Assembly: GCA_028710985.1 (NCBI GenBank)
Contig: JAQTTB010000001.1
Span: 359,397 to 423,396, forward strand
Reading direction: 5' to 3'
DNA: 64,000 nucleotides
Origin: Patescibacteria group bacterium
GTDB taxonomy: Bacteria > Patescibacteriota > Patescibacteriia > JAHJFT01
In this document: positions 27,343 through 36,659 of the stretch, one piece after another
Position numbering within the stretch: position 1 is the first letter of the stretch
Layout: each line of letters begins with the position of its first letter
Notes under the pieces: generated by a model
What the model was told of the DNA's origin: nothing
What the model saw: only the letters and a program-made list of their open reading frames with translations
Database searches by the model: none
Made by a program: the position numbers and the translations under genes

Positions 27343-28305
27343 ATGACGCAAGAAATCACAAGCCAGCGCATTTTTAGCCGCATTATGGGGGCCAAAAGCC
27401 CGCTTTTTGTGATTCACAAAAAACCGGACGGCGATGCCATCGGTTCGGCGCTCGCGCTCGCGCACTGGCTGGAGGAATCGGGCCGGCCGGCGCCCGTGTT
27501 TTGCCGCGATCCTGCCCCCGGACATTATGATTTTTTGCCGCGTTTCGGAAATATTACCGCGGATGAGGAAATTTTTTTCCAGCCCGGCGTTGATCTCATT
27601 GTGGTCCTGGATTCCGGAGACGCCATGTACGCCGGCGTGCAGGAAATTTTCGCGCGCCTCTCGCCGGAGATTACGGTTATAAACATTGATCACCACCCGA
27701 CCAATCAGCATTACGGCGAGCTCAATCTGGTTGATGCCGGCGCTTCGTCAACCGCCGAAGTGATTTATAATTTTTTTGTGCATAACGGCGTGCGCGTTGA
27801 TAAGTACATGGCGACCGCCCTGCTTTCCGGCATTCTGACCGATACCACGAATTTCACCAATCCCGCCACCACGGTAAGTTCAATGAGCGCGGCTTCGGAT
27901 CTTGTGGGTTTGGGCGCGCGTGCAAACGATATTTCAAAATATCTGCTTAAGAACAAATCAATTGATGCGCTCCGCCTCTGGGGACGGGCGCTCGCGCGGC
28001 TTGAAGAAAACAAGCGGTTCAACATGGCGATTGCGGTCATCAAGCGCGAAGACCTTGCCGGCATTGAGGCCGAAGCCGAAGCGGTTGAAGGCGTGGCGAA
28101 TTTTTTGAACGCGCTTTTGAATGTCAAACTCGTCATGGTTCTCCGCGAAACCGAGGACGGATATGTCAAAGGCAGCATGCGCTCCACCGATGCCGATGTT
28201 TCGCTCCTTGCCAAAGCCATGGGCGGCGGCGGTCACAAAAAAGCCGCCGGTTTTTCGGTCCGCGGCCGGCTTGATAAAATTAATGGGCAATGGACAGTCG
28301 TATAA
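27343..28305 (+). CDS. DHH/DHHA1 family phosphoesterase (NrnA-like)
   Basis: HKKPDGDAIGS, IDHH, GILTDT and GGGGHKKAAG motifs. Confidence 0.92.
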   Translation: MTQEITSQRIFSRIMGAKSPLFVIHKKPDGDAIGSALALAHWLEESGRPAPVFCRDPAPGHYDFLPRFGNITADEEIFFQPGVDLIVVLDSGDAMYAGVQEIFARLSPEITVINIDHHPTNQHYGELNLVDAGASSTAEVIYNFFVHNGVRVDKYMATALLSGILTDTTNFTNPATTVSSMSAASDLVGLGARANDISKYLLKNKSIDALRLWGRALARLEENKRFNMAIAVIKREDLAGIEAEAEAVEGVANFLNALLNVKLVMVLRETEDGYVKGSMRSTDADVSLLAKAMGGGGHKKAAGFSVRGRLDKINGQWTVV

Positions 28306-28347
28306 AAAAATGCTACATTCTATATATAAAATATTAATAAATTTAGT

Positions 28348-28956
28348 ATGACAAAAAATAACCGTGAACCCGAATCCCAGATTCTGATACCGACCGTCAT
28401 CGAAAAAACAACCTATGGCGAGCGCGCCTATGATATTTATTCGCGCCTCCTCAAAGACCGGATTATCTTTTTAGGCATGCCGGTTGACGACAATGTCGCG
28501 AACATTATTATCGCCCAGCTTCTGTTTTTGGAATCACAGGATCCGAAAAAAGACATCAAGCTCTATATTAATTCTCCGGGCGGTTCGGTGACCGCCGGGC
28601 TTGCGGTCTACGACACCATGCAGCTTGTAAAACCCGATGTTTCCACCATCTGCGTCGGCATGGCCGCTTCAATGGCCGCGGTCTTGATGGCCGCCGGCGC
28701 CAAGGGCAAGCGCTTCGTATTGCCGAACTCGGAGATTATGATCCATCAGGTCATGGGCGGCATGGAAGGCCAGGCCGCGGACATCAAAATCCGCGCCGAA
28801 CGGATTCTGCGCATCAAAGACCGCCTGAATGAAATCCTTGCCGAGCACACCGGCCAGCCTATAGCCAAAGTTGAAAAAGACACGGACCGCGATTATTTTA
28901 TGACCCCGGAAGAGTCGGTAAAATATGGCATCGCGGATAAGGTGATTAAGAAATAA
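28348..28956 (+). CDS. clpP: ATP-dependent Clp protease proteolytic subunit
   Basis: [28 protein letters not shown] and MIHQ motifs. Confidence 0.97.
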   Translation: MTKNNREPESQILIPTVIEKTTYGERAYDIYSRLLKDRIIFLGMPVDDNVANIIIAQLLFLESQDPKKDIKLYINSPGGSVTAGLAVYDTMQLVKPDVSTICVGMAASMAAVLMAAGAKGKRFVLPNSEIMIHQVMGGMEGQAADIKIRAERILRIKDRLNEILAEHTGQPIAKVEKDTDRDYFMTPEESVKYGIADKVIKK

Positions 28957-28965
28957 TATATATTT

Positions 28966-29982
28966 ATGGAAAGTGAATCGCGCGGAGAATTACCAGTTGT
29001 TGAAAAAGAGGCTTCATCCGACGATGCCCGCGCACTTGAATTAATCACCAAATGGCAAACTGCGACAAATGAGGCGAAGGGCTATGGAGATCTCGGTCGG
29101 AGAAATTTTCGAAAATTGGGAGGGCAGCTCGAGGCGTTTGCGGATAGTAAAGACCGTACAACCTGGAATGAGGATGAAACGGAGCGAGCGCTCAGCGGTT
29201 TAGTTGCGTGGGAAAACGGGGATGAACCAAAAGATCTTTTGTCCGCGATAAAGGAAACAATGCAGTTCGCAATGCAGCATAATATGTTCAAAAGGGCGCG
29301 GGAGGTTGCGCAGCTGCTAGAGATGTGGGATGAGGAAGGAAAGATTAACCGCGCACATTTTGATAGTCTGGTAAGCAGGCTGGATAAAGAGGTAAAGAAT
29401 AATAACATTCTTGAAATATATGAAATAATCAAAGCTTATCTTGAGAAATCTGGTCAGCCAGATCTGGGAAAAGACTATGAAGGAAAAATTAAGGATTTCA
29501 ATGATCAATTATTCGAAATTCTGATCAAGGAATTCGCGAGCGAAAAAAGTGTCGAAATGAAAGGATATATTGTCCGCCCTTACGCCACTGAATTGGCGAA
29601 GATAAGCGGAGATGATGCCAAGATGCAAAAAGTAGAGGAGCTCAAACACGATCTTTTGCTTTATGAATTGCGAAATTGTTTCATTGGTCGAGTTAAGAAA
29701 TCAAAAATCGAAGAGGCTTTTTATAGTGCCATGAACATCTTGTCCGAGCATCCGATTGATTTAAAAACAGCCGATGCTGAACTTTGGGCTAGCATGCACG
29801 AAGGTGCAAGAGTGCGTATTAAAAAAATGATCGATGAAGCAAAAGAGCGATCGGGAACCATCCACGGTACCCTCCACCGTTATGTATGGTCGAAATTGAA
29901 TCAAACCCTAGAAAGCTATTTAGCCTTGGGGATAATGGATTTCGAAGAAGATGCTGACTTGATTGATGAAGTGACGGGATAA
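28966..29982 (+). CDS. Hypothetical helical protein (338 aa)
   Basis: Long ORF with natural composition; no recognisable motif. Confidence 0.7.
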   Translation: MESESRGELPVVEKEASSDDARALELITKWQTATNEAKGYGDLGRRNFRKLGGQLEAFADSKDRTTWNEDETERALSGLVAWENGDEPKDLLSAIKETMQFAMQHNMFKRAREVAQLLEMWDEEGKINRAHFDSLVSRLDKEVKNNNILEIYEIIKAYLEKSGQPDLGKDYEGKIKDFNDQLFEILIKEFASEKSVEMKGYIVRPYATELAKISGDDAKMQKVEELKHDLLLYELRNCFIGRVKKSKIEEAFYSAMNILSEHPIDLKTADAELWASMHEGARVRIKKMIDEAKERSGTIHGTLHRYVWSKLNQTLESYLALGIMDFEEDADLIDEVTG

Positions 29983-30027
29983 TTATGCCAGGCATCGCTA
30001 AACATAGCACGATTATTAAAAAATAAT

Positions 30028-30327
30028 ATGGAAAAAGAAACCTGGCGCGAGCCTCCCGAAGAAAAAGAAGAAGACGCCGAAGATGTCAGCCTTAGTCCGG
30101 AGTTGGAAAAGGCTTTACAGCAGCATCTGAATGACAACAAGTACGACTATATAATTGAAAAATTTGGAATCACCTTGCTGCAAAAGGCCGGTCTGACTAA
30201 GGAAGTTTTCAATGAATTGAACCAAGAAGATCCGGATCGGCTTGATGAATATCTTAGAGAAATCGGTGCGGCGCCGGATAGCAAGAGCGTCAAGAAAATA
30301 ATCAATGAATTGCTGGCTAAGGAATAG
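30028..30327 (+). CDS. Hypothetical acidic protein (99 aa)
   Basis: ORF followed by a terminator-like hairpin at ~30346-30384. Confidence 0.65.
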   Translation: MEKETWREPPEEKEEDAEDVSLSPELEKALQQHLNDNKYDYIIEKFGITLLQKAGLTKEVFNELNQEDPDRLDEYLREIGAAPDSKSVKKIINELLAKE

Positions 30328-30551
30328 CCGGTTATCGATTAAATTTAAAAAACAGGTGATACTTTTGATGGTCGCCTGTTTTTTCTTGCCGTTATCCTTA
30401 GCTTGACACGCCTTTGGCCCGGGTGTATAAAGGAGAGTCCGGAAGAGGGGTGGAAAAATGAATTTGTCAGCCCCTTGACAAGAGTTACAGACTCTGTTAT
30501 TATATAGAGTTAATGAAGGAGGGAAAATGCTTTTTCCTCTTGTTTTATACA

Positions 30552-30684
30552 AAAAAACGCCCATTTGGGTAATCCGCTCTCACGACAAGCATGGGGATCT
30601 TTCCAAGGCAGCTTCTGGCGCAAGCTCGAACTCGCCTTAATAAGATCTTCTTGAGCGCGGATTACTTTTGCGGGTGTTTTTTAT
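30552..30684 (+). ncRNA. Candidate rod-shaped small RNA
   Basis: Nested stems aaaaaacgccc/gggtgtttttt, gtaatccgc/gcggattac, ggggatctt/aagatcttc and aaggc/gcctt; two upstream TTGACA-17 promoters. Confidence 0.4.
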
Positions 30685-30793
30685 TTTGTATTTCAGCCAA
30701 TTGATGTTCCCCCTCCTTTGTAAAGGAGGGGGACAGAGCCCGCCCGCCACGCCTGAGGCGTAGCCGATAGCGGGCGGGGGTGTCTTTTTTTTA

Positions 30794-31150
30794 CTATTTA
30801 TTCTTTGGTTCTTGTTTAAATTCGATTGGAAGAAACGCGGATACATCGCTCGGCGAGTAACCTTGTTCCTTGAAGAAATCAAGAATTTTGGTCGTCGCCG
30901 CTTCGCTCGCCTTCGCGTCTCGAAAAGCAAGAACATCATCCATGATCTGCGCACTGAAGTTATCCCATAGCTCTTCCTCGAAATGTAGTTCGCCCATCCC
31001 TTCTTTTTTTTCGACGGCGTCGATAGCGTTAAAAAGATCGGCGAATGTCGTGTCCTTAGAAATGGACACTCTCAAATTCCGTTCCTTTTTTTCTGTCTCT
31101 TTTGCCCCCGGAAAGCCGGGGAATCCCCCCATTCGTTCAGGTGATTTCAT
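30794..31150 (-). CDS. Hypothetical protein (118 aa)
   Basis: ORF co-oriented with the upstream genes. Confidence 0.65.
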   Translation of the reverse strand: MKSPERMGGFPGFPGAKETEKKERNLRVSISKDTTFADLFNAIDAVEKKEGMGELHFEEELWDNFSAQIMDDVLAFRDAKASEAATTKILDFFKEQGYSPSDVSAFLPIEFKQEPKNK

Positions 31151-31179
31151 AATATAAATTATTAATTAATTATAATTTT

Positions 31180-31872
31180 TTATTCAAAAAATTCTTTTAT
31201 CTCCCCTCCGAGTGTAATAATCAGTGAAAGCAATAATTTTACCGAAAATACTTTTCTATCAAACGAAGACATCACAGACATTATAACTGGATCGGTTGGA
31301 TTAACTAAGTAATTAACATCTGTACAGCCAACACCAATGCCACGAATGACATCGTCATTTTCTTTCCAAAGCTTATTAAAATTTTTTAGGGTTGCCCGAA
31401 CATGAAAACTCCTAACTTTAATACTTGACAAAGAAGTATTCCTCATGTATTCACTATTCTCCGCCCATTCGTAAAAACTATTGATTTCAAAATGTTCCGG
31501 TTCCAGACTTACCGCAGCGATGCCGGCACCTAAAGGGTCATCGGGAGGCTCGGAATAAACCCGGATGCTTTCTTTATGTCTGTAGTCATGTTCCCGATCA
31601 GGAATAATGAATTCATAATCCTTGGTCATTGACACGAATCGTTCAACTGGCATATCGTCCTTAAGAAAGATATGCCCATTTTCAACTAAATCTGGGTTAC
31701 TCCCGGATATTCTTTCAAGGTTGGCTCGCATCAAGGCGATGTTTTCCTCAGTTGTGTTTTTATTATGGGGCCACGGGCAGGTTTGGTTATTCGGGTATTT
31801 CAATGACGCCAATATGCCTAAAATCACTATGAGCAAAACAAATGGCATTATAATCATTAACGGCTTTTTCAT
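31180..31872 (-). CDS. Hypothetical membrane-anchored or exported protein
   Basis: N-terminal hydrophobic helix. Confidence 0.65.
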   Translation of the reverse strand: MKKPLMIIMPFVLLIVILGILASLKYPNNQTCPWPHNKNTTEENIALMRANLERISGSNPDLVENGHIFLKDDMPVERFVSMTKDYEFIIPDREHDYRHKESIRVYSEPPDDPLGAGIAAVSLEPEHFEINSFYEWAENSEYMRNTSLSSIKVRSFHVRATLKNFNKLWKENDDVIRGIGVGCTDVNYLVNPTDPVIMSVMSSFDRKVFSVKLLLSLIITLGGEIKEFFE

Positions 31873-31891
31873 AAAATAACAAATTAGTTAC

Positions 31892-33832
31892 TCATTCCGG
31901 AATGACTGGTTCGGCCGGATTGTCGCCCGGCGTGCTCGCTTCATCAACCGGCGGGGTGGAGAGCTCGGCCACGCCGATAAGGCACACCGCGCCCCAGGGG
32001 CGGTAATGGGAGGTAAACGTGGTTTCTTTCACTTTGCCGTCCGGATAGGTTACTTTGTAATCAAATTCCGCATCGGCTCCGGCATGGGCGCTTTCGGTGC
32101 ACTTTTTTTCGCCCGGCGCGAGATCTAAAGTTTCCACCTCTTTAAGTGCCGGAGGAGAAGTGATATTAGTGATGCGCGAATCGGACTGATAAATCTCGCG
32201 GTTGTCGGGTGTGCCCCAAAATTCAAAAACCAATTCATCGCCCTCAATGCGCGTCTGGATTAAAATATAATTTTCCGTATCGTTTAAAAATCTCAAGTCC
32301 GGATGCATTTCATAGACTGCCGCGTCTTTTCCCGCGGGTTCGTAATAAACCACGCGGTATGAATGTGGATTGCGTTCGGTAATTGGCAGGCCGGCCGAAA
32401 TTGCGACGCGGAACATGGTCGTGCCGATCTGACAAAGGCCGCCGCCGTATTCGGGTAGGGTTTTATTTTCTTTAATTACAAGTTCAGGCAAATAGCCGTT
32501 TTCCGCGTTGACCGGGGCGAGATTCGTGATGGTTGAGAATTCCTCATCCGCCGGTACCAAGAGTCCGTTCAGTTTTTCGCTGCCCACGCGGATATTGTGG
32601 CGCCGGTTGACCGGCGAGCCCTTGAAATTGGAACGGCCGACGCCGATGAGCTCTTTGATGCCCAAATCATTTAAGTCCGCGATTTTAATTTCCGGTTCGG
32701 TAATTTTTACAATGATTGCGGCGTCCTTTTGTTTGTCGGTGAGCAGTAATTGCTCAAAATTTGCGATTGTCGCCGGCCAATCGATGGTGATTCCGTCGTT
32801 ACTGCCGGCAAATTCAATAACGCGGTTGTTTTCCATTTTAAATTTTGCATTCTGCGGTTCAACCTCAATCAAATTCGCGGCCTCGGCGAGGGTTGTTTTA
32901 ACCCCTTCTTCCAAAAAGCCGATCAGGATATTTCCGTCAGCCGCTTTTTTGAGAGTGAGCCACGCGGCAAAATCCTCGGACGCGATGTTCCAGCTGAAAT
33001 TTTCAAAATCAGTCGAGTATTTTATTTTGACCGGCGCGAGCGCCATGGCCTGGCTTATCGCAGGGAGCATCTCTTCGGCTTCCGCGGCACTAATCTCCGG
33101 CTCATCGGCCACGGATTCAAGTTCAATCGGCGCGGACTCAATAAGCAAGAGCTGTTTTTCAATTTCCGAAAGCGCGGCTGCATAATCAAGGGTCTGGCCC
33201 GAATGTTCGGGTTCAACCGTGAGAATCGGATTCGTGGAATTATCAGCCATGGTGATCATAATGCGCGCGTTCGCGGCCGGGGAATCGTATTCCTTGAAGA
33301 TGTTTTTCATAAATGCGACAACCGAATTTTCTTCAATGCCGAATTCTGCCGCAAGCTCAACGCCAAGCGTTCGGGCGCGTGCCTGGCTGCTTATTCTACT
33401 GAGCCAGGATGCTTCACGGCCCAGATTCCAGGCCGCGGAAATCATGCTGTCAATATTATAATTTACCAGTTCGCGGCTTGCTTCCGGATTCTGCTCATTA
33501 ATCTCGTTTGTCATAAGCGCGACCTGTTTGTCCGCGTGCTTGAGAGTGAAGCCATTGTCCAGAAAATCTTGGATCGCCTGCGACAGTTTTTCGGACGCCT
33601 GATCGCGGGTTAAACCGCCGATATCAACTGATCCGATTTTTACGCCCGGAAAAATTTTATTTTCATAATTTTTGGCGTATGCCCAGGACGTGCCGTAGAT
33701 AATTCCGCAAATCAAAACCGCGGCCAGCGCGCCGAGCACGGCCCAATGCGAAAAAATCCTTGCTAAAGCCGGGGGCAGCAAGGATTTATTGCGCTTTATT
33801 TCCGGTTTGTTTTTCTTATTCGTTTTCCCCAT
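31892..33832 (-). CDS. VanW-family protein with peptidoglycan-binding domains
   Basis: N-terminal transmembrane helix, IFPGVKIGSVDIGGL, RRHNI, GGGLCQIGTT and ERNPHSYRV motifs. Confidence 0.9.
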   Translation of the reverse strand: MGKTNKKNKPEIKRNKSLLPPALARIFSHWAVLGALAAVLICGIIYGTSWAYAKNYENKIFPGVKIGSVDIGGLTRDQASEKLSQAIQDFLDNGFTLKHADKQVALMTNEINEQNPEASRELVNYNIDSMISAAWNLGREASWLSRISSQARARTLGVELAAEFGIEENSVVAFMKNIFKEYDSPAANARIMITMADNSTNPILTVEPEHSGQTLDYAAALSEIEKQLLLIESAPIELESVADEPEISAAEAEEMLPAISQAMALAPVKIKYSTDFENFSWNIASEDFAAWLTLKKAADGNILIGFLEEGVKTTLAEAANLIEVEPQNAKFKMENNRVIEFAGSNDGITIDWPATIANFEQLLLTDKQKDAAIIVKITEPEIKIADLNDLGIKELIGVGRSNFKGSPVNRRHNIRVGSEKLNGLLVPADEEFSTITNLAPVNAENGYLPELVIKENKTLPEYGGGLCQIGTTMFRVAISAGLPITERNPHSYRVVYYEPAGKDAAVYEMHPDLRFLNDTENYILIQTRIEGDELVFEFWGTPDNREIYQSDSRITNITSPPALKEVETLDLAPGEKKCTESAHAGADAEFDYKVTYPDGKVKETTFTSHYRPWGAVCLIGVAELSTPPVDEASTPGDNPAEPVIPE

Positions 33833-34052
33833 CTTTTAAAATTTCATTGAGAATTGTTTTGGCGAGTTTCTCGCGCTCGGCTTCGTCGGTTTCGCTCGTG
33901 TAGAGCACGAGCCGCACGGCCGCGCCTTCGGCTAAGCCCTCCGGCAGGTCGGAAACCGGCCAGATAATATTCTGTCCGTCATCGAGCCGGATGACGGCCT
34001 TGTCGCCTTCAAACCGGTCAATCACGCCTTTTCTGAAAAGCTCTTTATTCAT
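33816..34052 (-). CDS. DUF3006-family protein
   Basis: VIDRFEGDKAVI...LPEGLAEG. Confidence 0.75.
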   Translation of the reverse strand: MNKELFRKGVIDRFEGDKAVIRLDDGQNIIWPVSDLPEGLAEGAAVRLVLYTSETDEAEREKLAKTILNEILKDGENE

Positions 34053-34452
34053 ATACCTCATCAAGCCCCTGCACCGCCACGCGCGCGGTTTTGTGCGCCC
34101 TGGGTATGACAATGGTCAGAACGCCGTTTTTTAAAATCGCTTCGGCTTCATCTCCCTTGATATGCACCGGCAGGATGATGGTGCGGGAAAAACTTCCCCA
34201 GTAGCATTCCTGAAAAAAATAATTCCGTCCGCGGGCCATGTCTTCTTCGTGGCGGCGGCCGCGGATGGTAATCATGTCGTTTTCAACGGAAATGTCCAGA
34301 TCCTCGGGCTTAACCCCGGCGATGGTTGAGCGGATGATGATATTGTCGCCCTGCTCAAAAACATCAACCGCAAGCTGGCCCTCCTCGGTCGGGGTAAAGT
34401 ATGTTTCCTGTTCGTTCGGCGTTCCGAATTGTTGGATAATCGGCGTTGGCAT
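34045..34452 (-). CDS. Hsp20/alpha-crystallin small heat-shock protein
   Basis: VDVFE, AGVKPEDLDI, ECYWGSFSRTIILP and KNGVLTIVIP motifs. Confidence 0.93.
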   Translation of the reverse strand: MPTPIIQQFGTPNEQETYFTPTEEGQLAVDVFEQGDNIIIRSTIAGVKPEDLDISVENDMITIRGRRHEEDMARGRNYFFQECYWGSFSRTIILPVHIKGDEAEAILKNGVLTIVIPRAHKTARVAVQGLDEVYE

Positions 34453-34503
34453 AATTTTATTTAATTATAGAGGTAATTTACCGGGCTGTAAAGAGATGAT
34501 ATT

Positions 34504-34556
34504 GACAAAAAAACCTCAGAACGTTTTTGTTGCTCTGAGGTTTCTTGGTAGCGCGT
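34504..34556 (-). repeat. Remnant of the tRNA-Glu 3' end plus terminator (att-like direct repeat)
   Basis: tctgaggtttcttggtagc (34534-34552) is identical to 36342-36360, with the same ctcaga/tctgag hairpin. Confidence 0.65.
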
Positions 34557-34608
34557 GAAAAGCAAAAAAACTCCTACTCATAATAAGTAGGAGCCGCGTG
34601 TGCACGAT

Positions 34609-35376
34609 TTAAGTGAAGAGCTGAAGAGCTTTGATGAGGTATGCCTCGGCCATATGCCAGTCGATTGGATCCAAAGCGTTACCGCTTGGACGAAGTCGTG
34701 CCTGTGCGTCAATGCTCAAATCGGGAAATACTTTGATGAGCGGTTCGACCAAATGAATGGTTTCCGGCCCAAGTCCGCCCGCAGCCCCGATGCCAAACAT
34801 CGGAAAGCGTTCCCTGATCGCTCGAGCGAATGGTATTAGATCAACGGCATTCATGCCGAGACCCTTTCCCATACTCTTGTCGAGTAGAACGCGGTGTATC
34901 GCACCTTTGTAGTCGCCAAGTTTCTTGATAACAGCTTGCGGATTATTATTGACTTCCTTCAAAGCATTTTTTCCAATCTGGAGGACGACTTCGATGTGCT
35001 TGCGTGAGGCATGGACACCATCTATGATCTGATTCGGATCGGGCCAAGTCATGTCGAGTTGCAGAGCGTGCAGGCCGGCACCACCGCAAGAGATGGCGTC
35101 GGCAAGGCTTTTCCAGAGGCCGGAGTTGTTGCCATAGTCCACGTAGTGCAGGCAGTTGTATGCTTCATCCGAAGAGAAGATGTCGGCGACTGTTTCCTTC
35201 GGCGGAAAAGTATTCTGCCACTTGCTCGGAATGCCGTGAAGCGTCTTGTAGCTCATCATAACGCCGACATGCAACTTGCGCGTTGATCCAATTGGCAGAT
35301 GAGCGGCGAATATCCTGGACATGCTTTGAACTTGCTCGAATTTTGTAAAATCAGTAATGCCGATGTATGGGTTCAT
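34609..35376 (-). CDS. Hypothetical TIM-barrel protein, weakly phosphoribosylanthranilate-isomerase-like
   Basis: LLDKSMGKG, GAAGGLGPE and SIDAQARLR echo TrpF strand motifs. Confidence 0.6.
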   Translation of the reverse strand: MNPYIGITDFTKFEQVQSMSRIFAAHLPIGSTRKLHVGVMMSYKTLHGIPSKWQNTFPPKETVADIFSSDEAYNCLHYVDYGNNSGLWKSLADAISCGGAGLHALQLDMTWPDPNQIIDGVHASRKHIEVVLQIGKNALKEVNNNPQAVIKKLGDYKGAIHRVLLDKSMGKGLGMNAVDLIPFARAIRERFPMFGIGAAGGLGPETIHLVEPLIKVFPDLSIDAQARLRPSGNALDPIDWHMAEAYLIKALQLFT

Positions 35377-35510
35377 TGCGTACCCCTTTCGTTTAAAAGG
35401 ACATTTTGTATTAAAAAATCCTATCCTATTTATGCTAAAAAGTCAAGGAAAAAGCCTTTATAATAAAAAAAGAGCAGTTTTAAGACTTGCTCGGGTCATA
35501 AGTCATTAAA

Positions 35511-36002
35511 CTATATATCATCCTCTTCCACGTATTGGGGGCGCAGAGAGCAAACTTCCTCCTCCCTCTCTCGCCTTTCCGCTTCATACCATGCCTGCGC
35601 CGCCGGATGGTTGGGGAAGATATCTTCGGACCCGCATGTTGGGCAAACATGCGCCTCGGCATCGGCCACGGGGATTGTCTTTCGGTCCCTGTAAGCAAAT
35701 TCGCACTTACAACTTTCGCACACCCACGGCGCATCCGGCTCGTGAGAGCGGGGATCGGAGTCAGGATGTATCCACTCCTGTGCCTCTTTTTCCCGCGCCC
35801 GGACACGGGCTTCATTGATTTCGTTTTGCTGCGCCTCGAGCCGCGACTTCTCCCGGCGCAGCTCCTCGAGCTTGTTCTCGGGAATGCCCGGCTCTTTGAG
35901 GATAATCGGGATTTCCTTGAGCCGCGAATCAATGAGTGTAAGTTCAAATGCAAGGTCCTGTTCCGAGGGCTGACCTTCGGGTTCCTTATTCTCAGCCGAC
36001 AT
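35511..36002 (-). CDS. Hypothetical protein with a coiled coil and a zinc ribbon
   Basis: CESC...CPTCGS; AAGGAGG SD. Confidence 0.7.
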   Translation of the reverse strand: MSAENKEPEGQPSEQDLAFELTLIDSRLKEIPIILKEPGIPENKLEELRREKSRLEAQQNEINEARVRAREKEAQEWIHPDSDPRSHEPDAPWVCESCKCEFAYRDRKTIPVADAEAHVCPTCGSEDIFPNHPAAQAWYEAERREREEEVCSLRPQYVEEDDI

Positions 36003-36129
36003 GTTTTCCTCCTTTTAAGTATCTGCATTTTACTGAATATTGCTAGAATGTCAATAAACAAAAAATCCCCCGGTTCTCGTGGGGAATTCCGTAATTGCTC
36101 AAATTTAAATTTAAAATTGAATTAAAATT

Positions 36130-36149
36130 CCTGCCTGCCGGCAGGCAGG
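36130..36149. mobile_element. 20-bp palindromic mini-element CCTGCCTGCCGGCAGGCAGG
   Basis: Exact insertion into a heptamer tract whose empty form is at 23196-23236; other copies at 1879, 12982, 13248, 14396/14509 and 36524. Confidence 0.8.
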
Positions 36150-36181
36150 TAAAACTTAAAATTTAAAATTGCCCGAAGGGC

Positions 36182-36565
36182 TGGTAGCCCGTAGGGGAAT
36201 CGCCCCGACGTTTCGCTTCGCGAAAGTCGGGGTACCGGGGCGCGGAGTTTATCTCGATGTATATCGGGACCTCTCGCGCCCGTTCGATTCCCTAAATTTA
36301 ATATTATTAAACATACAAAAAATCTCAGACATTTATCCGCGTCTGAGGTTTCTTGGTAGCCCGTAGGGGAATCGAACCCCTATTACCACATTGAAAGCGT
36401 GGTGTCCTAGCCATTAGACGAACGGGCCATGAAATATGTTTTTAAATATGTTACCACATTGTCCGCCAAAGGCGGATGCGCCTCGCCTGTCCGCCTCTGG
36501 CGGAGGCGCAAAAGCGTGGTGTCCCTGCCTACCGGCAGGCAGGCTAGCCATTAGACGAACGGGCC
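36182..36565 (-). pseudogene. Degenerate outer tRNA-Glu copy broken by palindromes and enclosing the intact tRNA-Glu
   Basis: tggtagcccgtaggggaatcg (36182-36202), ttaccacattg (~36451), aaagcgtggtgtc (~36511) and ctagccattagacgaacgggcc (36544-36565) are collinear with the intact gene. Confidence 0.82.
36354..36428 (-). tRNA. tRNA-Glu(TTC)
   Basis: GGCCCGTTCGTCTAATGGCTAGGACACCACGCTTTCAATGTGGTAATAGGGGTTCGATTCCCCTACGGGCTACCA. Confidence 0.95.
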
Positions 36566-36659
36566 GTAAATTTATGGCCATATTATCAGGAAATTGAATA
36601 AAAGTCAAGATTCATGAACCGGGCTTTTTTATTTTAGGCTATAATGATAGAATAATCTC

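Noticed and set aside
30428-30450. RNase P RNA (GGAGAGTCCGG resembles GGAAAGTCC)
   Set aside because: No matching 3' P4 strand and not enough structured sequence.
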